A DNA stretch of 64,000 nt, taken from assembly GCA_016748015.1 (NCBI GenBank), contig JAAOMT010000586.1:124001-188000 (forward strand), in the 5' to 3' direction. Numbering within the stretch: the stretch's first letter is position 1; every line of letters begins with the position of its first letter. The DNA comes from Geosiphon pyriformis uo1. Its lineage: Eukaryota; Fungi; Glomeromycota. Shown piece after piece: positions 10,107 to 22,147 of the stretch. A program made the position numbers and the translations under genes. Below the pieces are notes generated by a model. That model saw only the letters and a program-made list of their open reading frames with translations. It ran no database searches and was not told the origin of the DNA.

Positions 10107-10119
10107 AAGGAGAGAATAA
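10105..10119 (+). promoter_or_regulatory. Polypurine tract of element B
   Basis: AAAAGGAGAGAATAA immediately before the 3' LTR TG. Confidence 0.85.
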
Positions 10120-10328
10120 TGTTACTCATAGAAATATAGGAAATATATTAGCATAATTATTAGCCAATCAGAAATAAGTGTAGTAAATGTGAAATTCCAG
10201 GATTCCTCTCAGGAATTGCAGAATTTTAAGAATTTCAAGATTCCCAATGAGGAATTGCAGGATTCCAGAATTCCAGGATTTTTCTCAAAGGAATCATAGG
10301 ATTCCAAGAATTCCAGGATTTCTGTCGT

Positions 10329-11060
10329 TGTTACGGGATGGTTTTCTTGTTATATTTAATTGCTGATATCCCGCTTTAATTGCAATCAGTCTTTCGTGAG
10401 TTCCTCAATTCTATTTGTGTGATAATGTCACTGTTACACTGAAGGCTTTCTTTTTACTGTTGCGATGTAAGTTATTCTTTAATTCTTGATTGTTGTGTGT
10501 GTTTATGTACTCCTTCTCAGAGGCTGAACTGAAATCTACCCACTGTCTGGGGTCTTCTCTGAGGCTATCCTTGCAATTGCCTGATGTGTTTCTCTAATCT
10601 AGAAACACAGAATGTTAATGGTCTTTAGCGCTTTTCTAATTCTTACAATAAAGCTTTTATCAATNNNNNNNNNNNNNNNNNNNNNNNNNNNNNNNNNNNN
10701 NNNNNNNNNNNNNNNNNNNNNNNNNNNNNNNNNNNNNNNNNNNNNNNNNNNNNNNNNNNNNNNNNNNNNNNNNNNNNNNNNNNNNNNNNNNNNNNNNNNN
10801 NNNNNNNNNNNNNNNNNNNNNNNNNNNNNNNNNNNNNNNNNNNNNNGAAAATACTTTCTTTTTGATATTTCAACCTGGTGCTTGCTGCTATCACCAGTTG
10901 GTGTTGGCTGCTATTGTGAACTGGTGCTTGCCACTATCGCGAGATGGTGTTTGCTACTATGTTAATCATTACCTTTCTAAGATTATTACTGTGCTATATT
11001 ATGATTGAATAGTTTGTATTATTTTTATGATTCTTTTTGCTAAATTCTTAAACCGTAACA
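10329..11060 (-). mobile_element. Family H LTR insertion (apparent solo LTR spanning an assembly gap), TSD TCGT
   Basis: Reverse complement of 51582-52447; TCGT at 10325-10328 and 11061-11064; N-gap 10665-10846. Confidence 0.9.
10665..10846. other. Assembly gap (182 N)
   Basis: Run of N. Confidence 1.
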
Positions 11061-11779
11061 TCGTGAAGAATCAAGAAATTGAGAAATCCCAATTATGTAT
11101 ATATAGCAGTAATGTTAGAAACAGAAAAGACAGAATTGATATCACAGAATTCTTAGCCAAGAAACCAATCATCAAATAAATAATTATTCCATATCTCAAT
11201 CCATTATTCACTATCAACACTTCATGTTAATAGTAATTGCTACTTAACCACGCTAGAACAATAGCTCTTGATCATGACTATTGACGAGATACTAACAGAC
11301 CAAATTGCCTTGGCTTATTTTCTTTATTTTCTTTATTTTTATTTTTTTTATTTTATTTCCTTTCTTTCTTTGATTTTGTTGTTGTATACTAATTGATTAA
11401 AAGATTAAACACTGAGTTATTGACGTCAAGGATAGCCTGGTAAAAGACCCAGAAATAAAAGTAGGATTTTATATATATTATCAGATAGCTTACTAAAAGG
11501 ACACGACTGCCAGACTAAATCTGGCCATCATGCTGAGAAAAAAATTGGGAAAACCACTTGAGGATACAACCACTATCAATCTTATTGAATCTCTGTCCAT
11601 TATACAAAGAACTCCACAACAAAAACCTTCAGATCAACCAAAACCTTCAGATACCATATCTTCTGTACATCATCCATGAAAGTAGCTTTTGAGCACCAAG
11701 TTACAGGTTTGTTATTCAATTCCACAACAGAAATAATCACCTGTAACATCGATCATGTCTTTATATACTCTTTTGTTGT

Positions 11780-13162
11780 TCAATTTTATGTATTTGGTTT
11801 AATGATTATGATTGGTTCTCAGTCTCGTGGAATCTTATCTGGTTGGACTAATATTTTTTGTACTCCCAGTTGTGGAATGTTATTGGTAGATGCTGATGCT
11901 ATCTGGTAATATGGTTTTAGTCAATTACCATGTGCTGCTTTGGCTAAGATTCTGTTATCTAGTCTTAATTTGTAAGCTTTATTTTCTAGAATTTCTTTTA
12001 TGTGAAATGGTCTGTCCCATTTGGGGTCAAATTTCCCACTCCATTGTTTTTCTGCTTTAGTACGATGTAAAAGTACTTTGTCTCTAATCTTGAATTCAAC
12101 TGGTCTGTCTGGTAGTTGGTTATCATGCCTCTTTTTTTGTTTCTCTTGTGTCTTTTTAATATTATCAGCTGTTCTTCGTCACTTGTTTTCTAGAGTTTTC
12201 ATTAAATCATATGTTCTTTTTAGTAACATTTTCTGAAAATTGTCTACAATTATTGGTTCTGTTAGATAAGTATTGACTTCTATTTCAACTGGTAGTGTTG
12301 CTGTTCTACCATATACTAATTTAAATGGTGTTGCTTGTGTAGTATCTTGCTTTATTGTCCAATAAGCCAATAGTATGGATGGTATAAACAAATCCCATTC
12401 GTCTTGGTTTTCTTGGCTGAGTTTTGCTATTGCTTCACACAATGTTCTATTAAATCTTTCAACTAATTCATTGGTTTGTGGATGGTATGGTGATGATAGT
12501 GGTCTCTTAATTCCGAATCTTTGGCTTATTTTTGCTAATGTTTTATTCACAAAATAGGTTTCTTGGTCTGATAATAGTTCTTTTGGACATCCATGTCAAC
12601 AAATTAAATCTTGATGAACGAATTTGGCAACAGATTCTGCATTTGCTCTTTGAATTGCTTTTGCTTTTGGCCATTTTGTAAGGTAGTTCATGGCTACTGC
12701 AATATATCTGTTGCCTCCACTGATAATTGTCAATGGTTCAACTAAATTAATTCCAATGTGGTCAAATGGTTGTTCCACTTTGATTGGTTTCAATGGTTTG
12801 CTGGGTCTTGTTCCTTCTCTTCTTTGACAAGCATCACAATTTTGTACATATTATATGATGTCTGGATACATTGATGGCCAATAGTATCTCTTTCTGGTTC
12901 TTTCCATGGTTGCTTCTTTATGAAAATGTTCTGCAGTTGGATCTGAGTGCATGTTGAACAGTATTGTTCCCTTTTCTGGTTCTGTAATTACTCTGGTTGG
13001 CTGATCTGAATCTTTTCTATTTTTCTGATAAAGTATATTTTGGTAGGTGATAAAATATTTGGATTGTTGTTTGATTCTCTTTTGTTCCAGTTGAGATAAT
13101 TTCTTCTTGAACTGTTAAGTATCTATATAATGTTGAAGTTGTTGATATTTTTGTGGGTTCAT
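11780..13162 (-). pseudogene. int: Element A ORF2 integrase
   Basis: ATG at 13162 (MNPQKYQQLQHY); fragments 12596..12793 and 12179..12550 with INLV, PYHPQTN, ERFN. Confidence 0.88.
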
Positions 13163-13223
13163 CTTTTGTTATATTTTCGTGAGTATTGTTTTGGTTTTGT
13201 TATATTTTTGGGTTGAAATGTCC

Positions 13224-16200
13224 TTAGATTTGTCTTATTCGTGATAAACCATCAGCATTTCTGTTGTCTTTTCTTTTTTTATAATGTATAGAATAATTAT
13301 ATAGTGCGAGTGCCATTTTCCATCTCCAAATTCTTGTTTTTGGAGTGATGTTAATCCTTTGTAATCTGTGTACACTTCAAACTTCTGGCTCAAGTATTTT
13401 TTCCATTTCATGACTGCCCAGTATATTGCTAAGTGTTCTTGTTCTAGTGTTCCATAGTTCTTTTCGGCTGGTGTTAAACCTTTGCTGGCATATGCTACTA
13501 GATGTTCTCTGTCATCTGGTCCTTTCTGAGATAGTACGGCTCCTAATGCTTGGCTGAATGCATCAGTGGTAATGATGAATAGTTTGCTGTAATCTGAATA
13601 GATCAGTACTGGAACTTAAATGAGCTTTCTTTTCAGAATATCAAAAGCTTCTTGTTGACTTTCTGTCCATTCATATTTTGTATTCTTGGTTTGCAGTTGG
13701 TTGAATGGCTGCACTATCTTGGAAAAGTTCTTAATAAAACATCGATAGTAGCTGGCAAATCCCAAAAATGATTTCAGTTCTGTCATATTGGTCAGCACTG
13801 GAAAGTTCTTTACTATCTCTATTTTCTCTAGATCCGTTTTAATGCCGTCTTTGCTGCCTATGTGTCCCAAGAATTTTAGTTCTGTTTTGCCAAAGAAGCA
13901 CTTTGTTGCATTTAACTTTAGTCCTGCTCTTCTTAGTCTTTTGAACACTTGTTGAAAATGATAAAGATGATCATCAAATGTTTTTGAGAATACATTGGTG
14001 TCATCCAAGTATACAACTACTGATTTCCACAATAAGCCAGTATAAACAATTTCCATTAGCTGTTGGAAAGTGGCTGGTGCATTGGTTAAGCCAAATGGCA
14101 TAACTTCAAACTCAAAGTTTTCCTCTCTTGTGATAAATGCTGTTTTTTCTTTGTTGGCTGGATCCATAGCTACTTGCTAATAACCACTATCTAAGTCTAA
14201 CATTGAGAATCATTTGTTTCTACCAAAAGCGTCAAATAGTTTTTGTATCCATGGAGTTGGATAGCTGTCTCCACAAGTTACACTATTTAGTTTTCTATAA
14301 TCTACACAAAATTGGATCTTTCCATTCTTTTTATGGACAAGTACTACTGGTGATGACCATGGGTTCATTGATGGCTGAATTAACTCATTGTCAAGTATTC
14401 GGTTGATCTCTTGACAGATGATTTCATGGCTGGCTGGTGGTACTCTGTATGCATGCTGTTTGATTGGCATTGCATCTCCAGTCTTGATTTGATGTTGAAT
14501 GATGTCAGTTCTGCCAAATTTGTTTTCACTGGCAAAAATGTTATTGAAATTGTTGAGTAACATCTTGAGCTGCATATATTGTAGTGGGTCTAGATTTCTT
14601 ATATTCATTTGTTCTAATTGTTCTGGTTAGAACAAATAACATTTGTCTTGTCTATAGATTGTTTGTAATGTGATGTCAACATATTTACAAAGCTGTAAAA
14701 AGTCTGGAATGGGGTTTGGTGGTTGATCCTCTATTTCAGGGTTTAAGTATCCCATGGTAGTTCCAGCTGATATCACTATGACATTTTCTGTGTTGTTGTA
14801 GATGGGAATTTTGATGTGGCTGTAATCTTTGGCTGGTATGTGGAGATTGATGAGTCCAATCTCTTCTGATTTGCAAAAGGTCAGTTCTGCTACAAAAATC
14901 TGATTCTGTTCTTTTTCCTTCCTTTTTATTGCTAACATATACTGACTATATGATGGAATAGAAATAGCTTGATCAGTTGAGATAATTTCTTTTTGGCCAA
15001 CAATTTTTTCTTTCACCATATTAGGTATATCTATTCTACCTGTTGATCCAAATTCTTGTATTCCTCTTGTTGTTATCTCTAATTCCTCTCTTGTTCCCAC
15101 TGACACTAAGCTAGCTACTTTGATTAGTAGCAGGAATATGGCCTGTGCTATCTTTTTATTTGGCTCAATAGTGTAAGTCTTTTCTGAATCATTTTGTAGC
15201 ATAGCACTGATATTTCCTGTATATCCTGCATCCACTATTCCCCCTCTAATATTAATCCTTTTTTTCACTAAACTACTCCTAAATGCTAACAGAACCATGG
15301 TTGTTGCTGGGATCTCTAGAGCTATTCTCAGATCAATGCATACTTGCGCATTTGGCTCCAATTTGATGGCATCTTTTTTTGGATATCTCAGATTAAACCC
15401 TGCATTAGTATTATGCATGCATTCTGGCATGATACCTTCCCCATTGTTACTATACTATTTCAACTCCTGCTCCTTGGAGAGATCTGGTAGTGCAATATAT
15501 TGTTCATAGTTTGTATTGGAGTTTGGATCTGAGTTGGAATTATTGTTGTTGTTATTGCTATTTTGAATGGAGCTTGAATCATTGTTGTCATTGTTGTTGT
15601 CAGAGTTTGAATCACAATTGATCAGCGATTCTGATTCTGATGTGCAATTGCTAATTGGTTTTTCTTTTTTAGAGATTGTGTAGATCATGCGTGGTGGTGA
15701 ATCGTAAATGAGGTTACACTTATTACAATATTGAAAGTCACATGGAATTAAACAGTAGTCACATAGCTGGGTGTTTAGCTGTGCTAAGCACTCTTCTTGT
15801 TTTTCTCTTATGGGTGCTAGTTACTAGTAGTGCTCATGAAATTCCTCTGAATTGTCTTTGATGTTGCCAAAAACATTGAAAGTTTGGACATATTCAGGCT
15901 TAGGTAGAAATAGTGGGTTGTTTTTAATTTCTCTCAGCTCCTCTGTTGTAGCATCTTCTGATATAGCATATGCCATTCTCCAGATCTCATCTTCATTGTG
16001 TGAGTATCCTTCTAGGCATCTTAATGCTTGCTTCCAGACGTTGTTGATGGGAGTTTCCTTTCATACCCAGTGATTGATCAGAATAGTGTATTGGCATGTC
16101 TTGTTATATGCTTCTCCTCTTCCAGAAATGTTTTTCCACATCCCTTCATCTAAGAGGGTATTTTCACAAGCTAAACACAAGATACTGTCCCATTTTCCTA

Positions 16201-19200
16201 TTTTTGGTGGTCATCTATCACATTCAAAGACACATGGACAACAGTAGTACTCAGTTACTGTTGTCCATTCTTTGTTCTTACTACAGCATATGTTCATTGT
16301 TGACAGTTTCTTGTCACAACTGATGCATACAAGTTTGGGTTGACAGTAAGTGTTTTAAAGTGGTGTTGCATATGGAATATGAGTAAAGAAAGTGGTTTGT
16401 TTTGGTTCCTCTTCCTGTTTCTTTCCTTTTCTCTTTTCTTCCCAACTCCATTCAGTGGCTGGTTTGCTTTGGCTGTCATCACTCCATGATCTTTGGTTTG
16501 TTCCCCAGGTAAGTTTTTCTTCTTCTTTCCTCTTTCTTTTGTCATTTCATAAGAGTATGGGTGGCAATTTGTTGTCGTTGTTGGCCCATGAGACTTGGTA
16601 AGCTTCTCAGATAGGCTTCTTTTCTTCTTCTTCCAGCTTTATCAATGGTTTCTCTCTTGACGGAACTTTAAAGTGGCCACATATGGCTGGCACACGTGTG
16701 TATTGACCATTGACACTTAGTTGGAGCTCTTGCATTATCTAGTCTAAAACAGTATTGGTTTTGGACAGCCAGTCATTACCAACTAGAGCTTGGTATTGGA
16801 TGGCTTCCATCATCAAGACTTTGATAAGAGTGATGATGTCATTAACTTTAAATGGAAATTCATCTATCTCGCCAATAGGCATTTTGGTCATTCCATCAGC
16901 TGTGATGATTCTGGCACTGGCAGCGCAATCAACTCAGTGATCTAATTGGTCTATAAGTTGTTGTGTGATAATACTATCTGCTGAACCACTGTCGAGAATC
17001 AATTTGATAGATTGTCTATTGACTTTGGCATCTGTGTACATTATGGTGATTGGTTTGGCTTCAAGAGTGGCTCTACTAAATAATAGCATTGCAGTTGTTT
17101 TCTCAAATTTGAATGGGAAGATAGCAGTCAAGAACTTGTCTTTAGTAATAGTAGCAGGTGGGATATTACTGGTAAGTGATTGTTTTTGGGCAGATTTTGG
17201 GTTATTGGCTAAGGTGTCTTCTGGAGTGATCAGGAGACTTAAATAGTTCTGGGAATTCAGGTTCTGGGGTTGACCAGTATCCAAATTCTGCTGGTGTAAT
17301 TCAGATGGTTGCTGTGAAGAACTGGGGATCGGCTGATGGACTACCATCACCGATCTCCAGCTTTGTTGAGCCATTCTCAGTCTTTGTGTTCTGTTGGATG
17401 GTAAGTTTTGGGGCAGTGTTTGAATTTGTTGGGGTTGATAGATTATTGGTGGCTGTGATTGTTGATAAATTACTTATAGCTGCAGTTAATAAATTGGAGC
17501 TTGATATACCAGAGGCTGATAAATTGATTGCTGCGTCATTGGTACATAATGAGGTAAGTGTTGGTATTGTTTTTGATTTTGCTGGGAACTCGAAGCTGGG
17601 AACTGGTAATCGAAGTTTTGATATTGATTTCCTGATTGTTGGTTATTTAAATGCTGGCAGCAATTGACTTGTATGTGTTCTTATTTACCACAATAGTGGC
17701 AAACACGTGTTTCTTGTTGCCACTGTTGATTGGCCGAAAATAATGGACGTGACTGATTTTGGATGCAATTAGAGTTTCTCTGATTGTTGCATTGTTGTGG
17801 TGGTTGATAGATTGTTCGATTGTCAGCTAAGTATTCCTCTAATTTTTGATTAATGAAATCACTGAATTGTTTTAATTTAGAATCCAATTCAGATGATCCA
17901 TTTATTACTAGATTAATGGCTTGGGCATGGTTAACTTTGAGTTCAGCTACTTCAAAATCTCTGGCGTTAGTGACAGCTACTTGTAAATCTGCTGGGTGTA
18001 GTGGACGTACGCACTGGAGAATACTATTGCATAAGCCTCTGATAAACTGATTTAAAATTTGGGCCACTGTAAAATAATCAGTATTGATAGCTTGGATCTG
18101 GCACAAGCATTTATGGAATCGTCCCAAGTATGTGGTAACGGCTTCAGTATCCCCTTGTTTGATGATAGTAAAAGTATTTACCAAACGGTTGATACTGTTA
18201 TTATTACTGAAATATCTTAGGAACTCCTGCTTAAATATGTTGAATGTTTGAGGTTTTGTAGCTAAGCTTTGATACCACAAATTCGCGGTATCTTGGAAGA
18301 AATATGGGATTGCCTGAAGAGCTCTGTTGTCATTCCAATTGTTTGCTGTAATTGCTTTGGCAACGTCATTCAATCAAGCTTGAGCATCATTCTCTTCACC
18401 GGTGAATTTTTCTAATTTGGTGATTGGTGCATAGGCCATCAGTACTATAGGTTACTGGGGCTGTTGAAGTGGTTGTTGTATGGGTTTGGTTATTGAATTA
18501 ATTGGCAATTGATTGATGATGATTACTGGAGGTAAGTTTTGCTGATTAATTAATTTGGGATTTGGATTGTTCTGCCTTTGATGATTTGGAGTTTCTATTT
18601 CCAAATTTTCTAGATTTAGATTTTGCTGAGTTTAAAGATTCGGGGTTTTAACTTCCAGGTTTTCAGTGATTGGGTTTTGGTAAGTAAATTCTTGATCTTC
18701 CGATTCTTTTTCCTCTTCTTCTTCAAATAGTTCCCATAGGATAGCAGTTCCAAAGTCCAGTTGAGGCAGTGGTGATCAAATTCCTAATAGTGTTGGTGAT
18801 TATGATTTAAATCTTTCAAAATATTTGCCGTATGGTCCTAATAACTCTGTTTTCTTTTGTTTACTTTGGAATAGAAATCATCCAAATGTTGATGTCACAT
18901 TTGATGTGGACACGCTTGTTGATGTTATATTGATGGCACTTTCCAGTGTGTAGTAATAGGATGGGGCAGTTGGTAATTCAACTCTTGTTTTCTTCCAAGT
19001 GAGTGGTTGTATCTTTTTGGGTGTTACTGCTGATGTTTGTAGTTTTCCTTTGCCTTTACTGGCATAAGTAATTGGATACTTTTGTTGGGTGTGATGTTCA
19101 ATTTCTTTGTTGATTTCAGTAATAATGGAGGCAAAATTGTAATTTGTTGGTAGGTTGGTATTTTGAATTAATTCTCTGTAGAAAGTTTCCCTGGCTGCTT

Positions 19201-19372
19201 TAGTATTCACTGGTGTTCCTAACAAAGAGGAAATTTTTTTGTTGACATAGAAATTAAAGACTGATTTGGCAGATATATGATTGTGATTTAATCCCAAGTG
19301 TTGATAATAATGTTGAAATAGAGATTTCACAAATTCTAAATGGTTTGTTCCTATGTTTTCTGATTCTGCCAC
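13224..19372 (-). pseudogene. gag-pol: Element A ORF1 gag-PR-Cys module-dUTPase-RT-RH
   Basis: Fragments 18878..19372, 17681..18373 (capsid, VCHYCGK), 16934..17374 (LILDSGS), 14627..15430 (dUTPase), 13616..14167 (YLDD); ends ADGLSRIRQI* at 13224. Confidence 0.92.
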
Positions 19373-19434
19373 TTTTGGATGGTGTTTGTTGGTGCTGGTT
19401 CTCTGTAGGATTATATCTCACAGGAAGCACCAAA

Positions 19435-19808
19435 TGTTACAAGTGATTATTTCTGGTGTGAGAATAAATAACAAACCTGTAACTTGGTACTCAAAAGCTA
19501 TTAATTTCTGTTAATATTGGTAATCTGAAGGTCTTATGTGATCTGAAGAGTTTTGGTGGAGTTCTTTGTATAATGAACAGAGATTCGACTGTATTTGTAA
19601 TAGTCTTCAGAATCGCAATTCCATCCAATTTCTTTCTCAGCGTGAAGGCCGGATTTAGTCTGGCAGTTGTGCCCTTTTGGTAAGCTATCCAATAATATAT
19701 AAAATTCTACCCTTATTTCTGGGTTTTTTACCAGGCTATCCGTGATGTCAATAACTCAACACTTCTAATTCTTAATCAATTAGTATACAACAACAAAACA
19801 ACACAAAG

Positions 19809-19839
<31 letters not shown>

Positions 19840-20292
19840 GAAATAAAGAAAATAAGCCAAGATGATTTTGATTTGTATCCCGTCAATAGTCATGATCAAG
19901 AGCTATTGTTCCAGTATGGTTAAGTATGTGCTATTATCAACATAAAATGTTGATAGTTGGGAAAGAATTTGAGATAGTGAATAATTATTTATTTAATATT
20001 TGTGATGTGAAAGATTGCTTAGAGGGAATCTAAACTTCCAAGATCTGTCTTTTCAGCTTTTAATTCTACTGCTATATATACATAATTGAGATTCCTCAAT
20101 TTCTCAATTCCTTACAACAGGAATCCTGGAATTCTGGAATCCTGTGATTTTTCATCAGAGAATCCTGAAATTTCTGGAATCCTGCAATTCCTTTGAGAAG
20201 AATCCTGGAATTCCACATTTACTATGTCTTCATCTGATTGGCTAATATCTACTAACTAATAATACTATATTTCCTATATTTTATGAGTAACA
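19435..20292 (-). repeat. 5' LTR of element A
   Basis: Family A LTR in reverse orientation, adjacent PBS TGGTGCTTCCTGTGAG. Confidence 0.93.
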
Positions 20293-21056
20293 ATGCATTT
20301 ATTTCATGAAGACTTTCCATCATTAACTGCCTGTTGTGGTTTGGAAGTGTCTTTATAACAGAAGCTACTCTAGTGTGCTGTGTTTATATTGTGGTTTTGT
20401 GGAGGTCTCTGATCATGCTTTTTCATGTAACATTGACAGCTCTGCTTGTCGATGGATATTGAATGCCCATGTGGCTTCCTGGAGGTTGATTTCTGGCCTA
20501 TCTCAATCTTTTTTGTGTGTGTTGCAGCTTTTGTTGTCATGCACTTCTGATACCTTTGTGTCTATGGCTCTTTATAAGAGTTTTGTTTTTAATGGCTGGC
20601 TTCGGAAAGCTGTTTCTGTCTTCTATGACCCCAAGATTGCTGGTGTGAAGGTTGTTGAGTTTGTGCATTCTCTTTGTTTTGCTTTCAGAAATAACATCTG
20701 ACTGGTTTGTACCAAACATTGGGCCTACATGAAGAAGAAAGAGCTGATCTCTTTGGATGGTTCGGCTGTTGTCTCAGTTTCTGGTTTGGCTTTGGGGTTC
20801 TCGGCTGGTGTGGTCAAGTTGCTTGACATCACTGAGACATTTGGCATAAGTTTTGGTTATCATAAGCATTGTTTATTTTTTTCAGGCATTAGTGCCTCTG
20901 TTTTGGTATATATATCTGCATAGTGTTGTTCTGATTGGCTTGAGTGGCTGGTTGTATGTAGAAAATGCATGATTTATGCGTAGTTTAGATTATTTCTTTG
21001 ATGTATTGTTCTATGTAGTGTTTGAATTTTATCCATTAAAGCAATAAAAAAAAAAA
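20293..21056 (+). mobile_element. 3' end of a non-LTR retrotransposon (LINE): ORF2 C-terminal CCHC region, 3' UTR and poly(A)
   Basis: YFMKxxHH*LPV...CLYCGFVEVSDHAFSC (CxxC-x7-H-x3-C, zf-RVT-like) at 20293-20923; higher GC than flanks; AATAAA 21043-21048 running into an A11 tail. Confidence 0.75.
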
Positions 21057-21153
21057 TTAAGAAAAATACTAAAAATTATTAATATTTTATGTTTTTAAAT
21101 TAGAAAAACACTTTAAGCAATTATAAAAATAGTTTTAAAAAAGACTTTATTAC

Positions 21154-22147
21154 TGTTACTAGAGATTTTTGGTCTCTTTTTTTGAATGTTTTTAATGTCT
21201 GTTTGCTGTGAATTTACATTTATTGAAAGTTATTAAATCTTTGATAACTGAATTTATTTTCAAATTATCTCTTATAATTTGAACTACTGAATTTATAAGT
21301 AAAATAGCCAATTTCATGCTAGTTACTTTGTATAGTTATGTTGTGTAAATGTCAACTTTTTTTCAGAAATTATTTGTCTAAAAGTTCACTAAAAATGTGT
21401 AGTTACTTTGCTGTAAAAGTTAACTCTTCTACAGGAATCTTATCTGTAAACTATTCTAATAAATATAATAAAAAAAATAAAAAAAAATGTAAAAAAAATA
21501 GAATTTTCCAAAAAAAACATTTTCTATTCAGGCCTGAAGTTACTAACAAATTTTACTGAAATTGGTAGCTAATCAATTTCAAAAATGTTAATTGAGTTTA
21601 AAAAATTTCAAGTATAATAATTAAAGATTTTTGGATTTTTAAATATTTGATTTTTTTTTATTTTAATTTGTAAAAGTGTGTAAAAAATGATTGATTCTAA
21701 TTAAAATATCTAAAATAAGATATATTTTCTTGAAAAGAAAAGCTTTTTTTTATACAACTTGTTGTAGTACTAGTTTTTGAACTTGTACTTTTTTCTTTGT
21801 TATTGTTTTTAATGAACTAAAAATACATTTTGATAAACTAAAAATATATTTCAGCAAACTACAAGTTATTTTAATGAACTATTAATTATTTTGGTAAATT
21901 ATTTATTATTTCAGCAAATTTTTACAAATTTTAACAAATTCTTAAATATTAAGTAATTTAGAGTATTGTGTAATTTAATCATCTTAATTTCTATAGTACA
22001 AATCGGATTATTAATTAAATAGTAATATTTAATAATTTGATTAAATAATAAGTAATAATTGAAATGATTAATAATATATGCTAATTAATAATAAAAATTA
22101 TAAAGATAATTTCATGCTAGTTAATAGCTAAAATTCTACTAGTAACA
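21154..22147 (-). repeat. 3' LTR of element C (family D)
   Basis: TGTTACTAGAG...CTAGTAACA, collinear with element I LTRs. Confidence 0.85.

Larger units (their letters stand above)
819..11748 (+). mobile_element. Element B: full-length Ty3/Gypsy LTR retrotransposon (LTR family A), TSD TCGA
   Basis: LTRs 819-1711 and 10120-11748. TCGA at 815-818 and 11749-11752; removing one copy restores collinearity with the element G homolog near 39121. PBS 1712-1730, PPT 10105-10119. Confidence 0.96.
10120..11748 (+). repeat. 3' LTR of element B (interrupted at 10329-11060)
   Basis: Collinear with 819-1711 once the insert and one TCGT are removed. Confidence 0.93.
1..20292 (-). mobile_element. Element A: Ty3/Gypsy LTR retrotransposon (LTR family A), left LTR truncated by window edge, interrupted by element B
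   Basis: 3' LTR <1-149 ending ...TGAGTAACA with PPT at 150-164. 5' LTR 19435-20292 (TGTTAC...GTAACA) with PBS 19417-19434. Minus-strand gag/PR/dUTPase/RT/RH/IN fragments at 11750-19372. Right flank continues into LINE ORF2. Confidence 0.93.

Noticed and set aside
10612-10965. ORFs spanning the N gap
   Set aside because: Artefacts of translating N.
21057-21153. Possible host or intergenic sequence
   Set aside because: About 100 bp of extremely AT-rich DNA with no interpretable feature.
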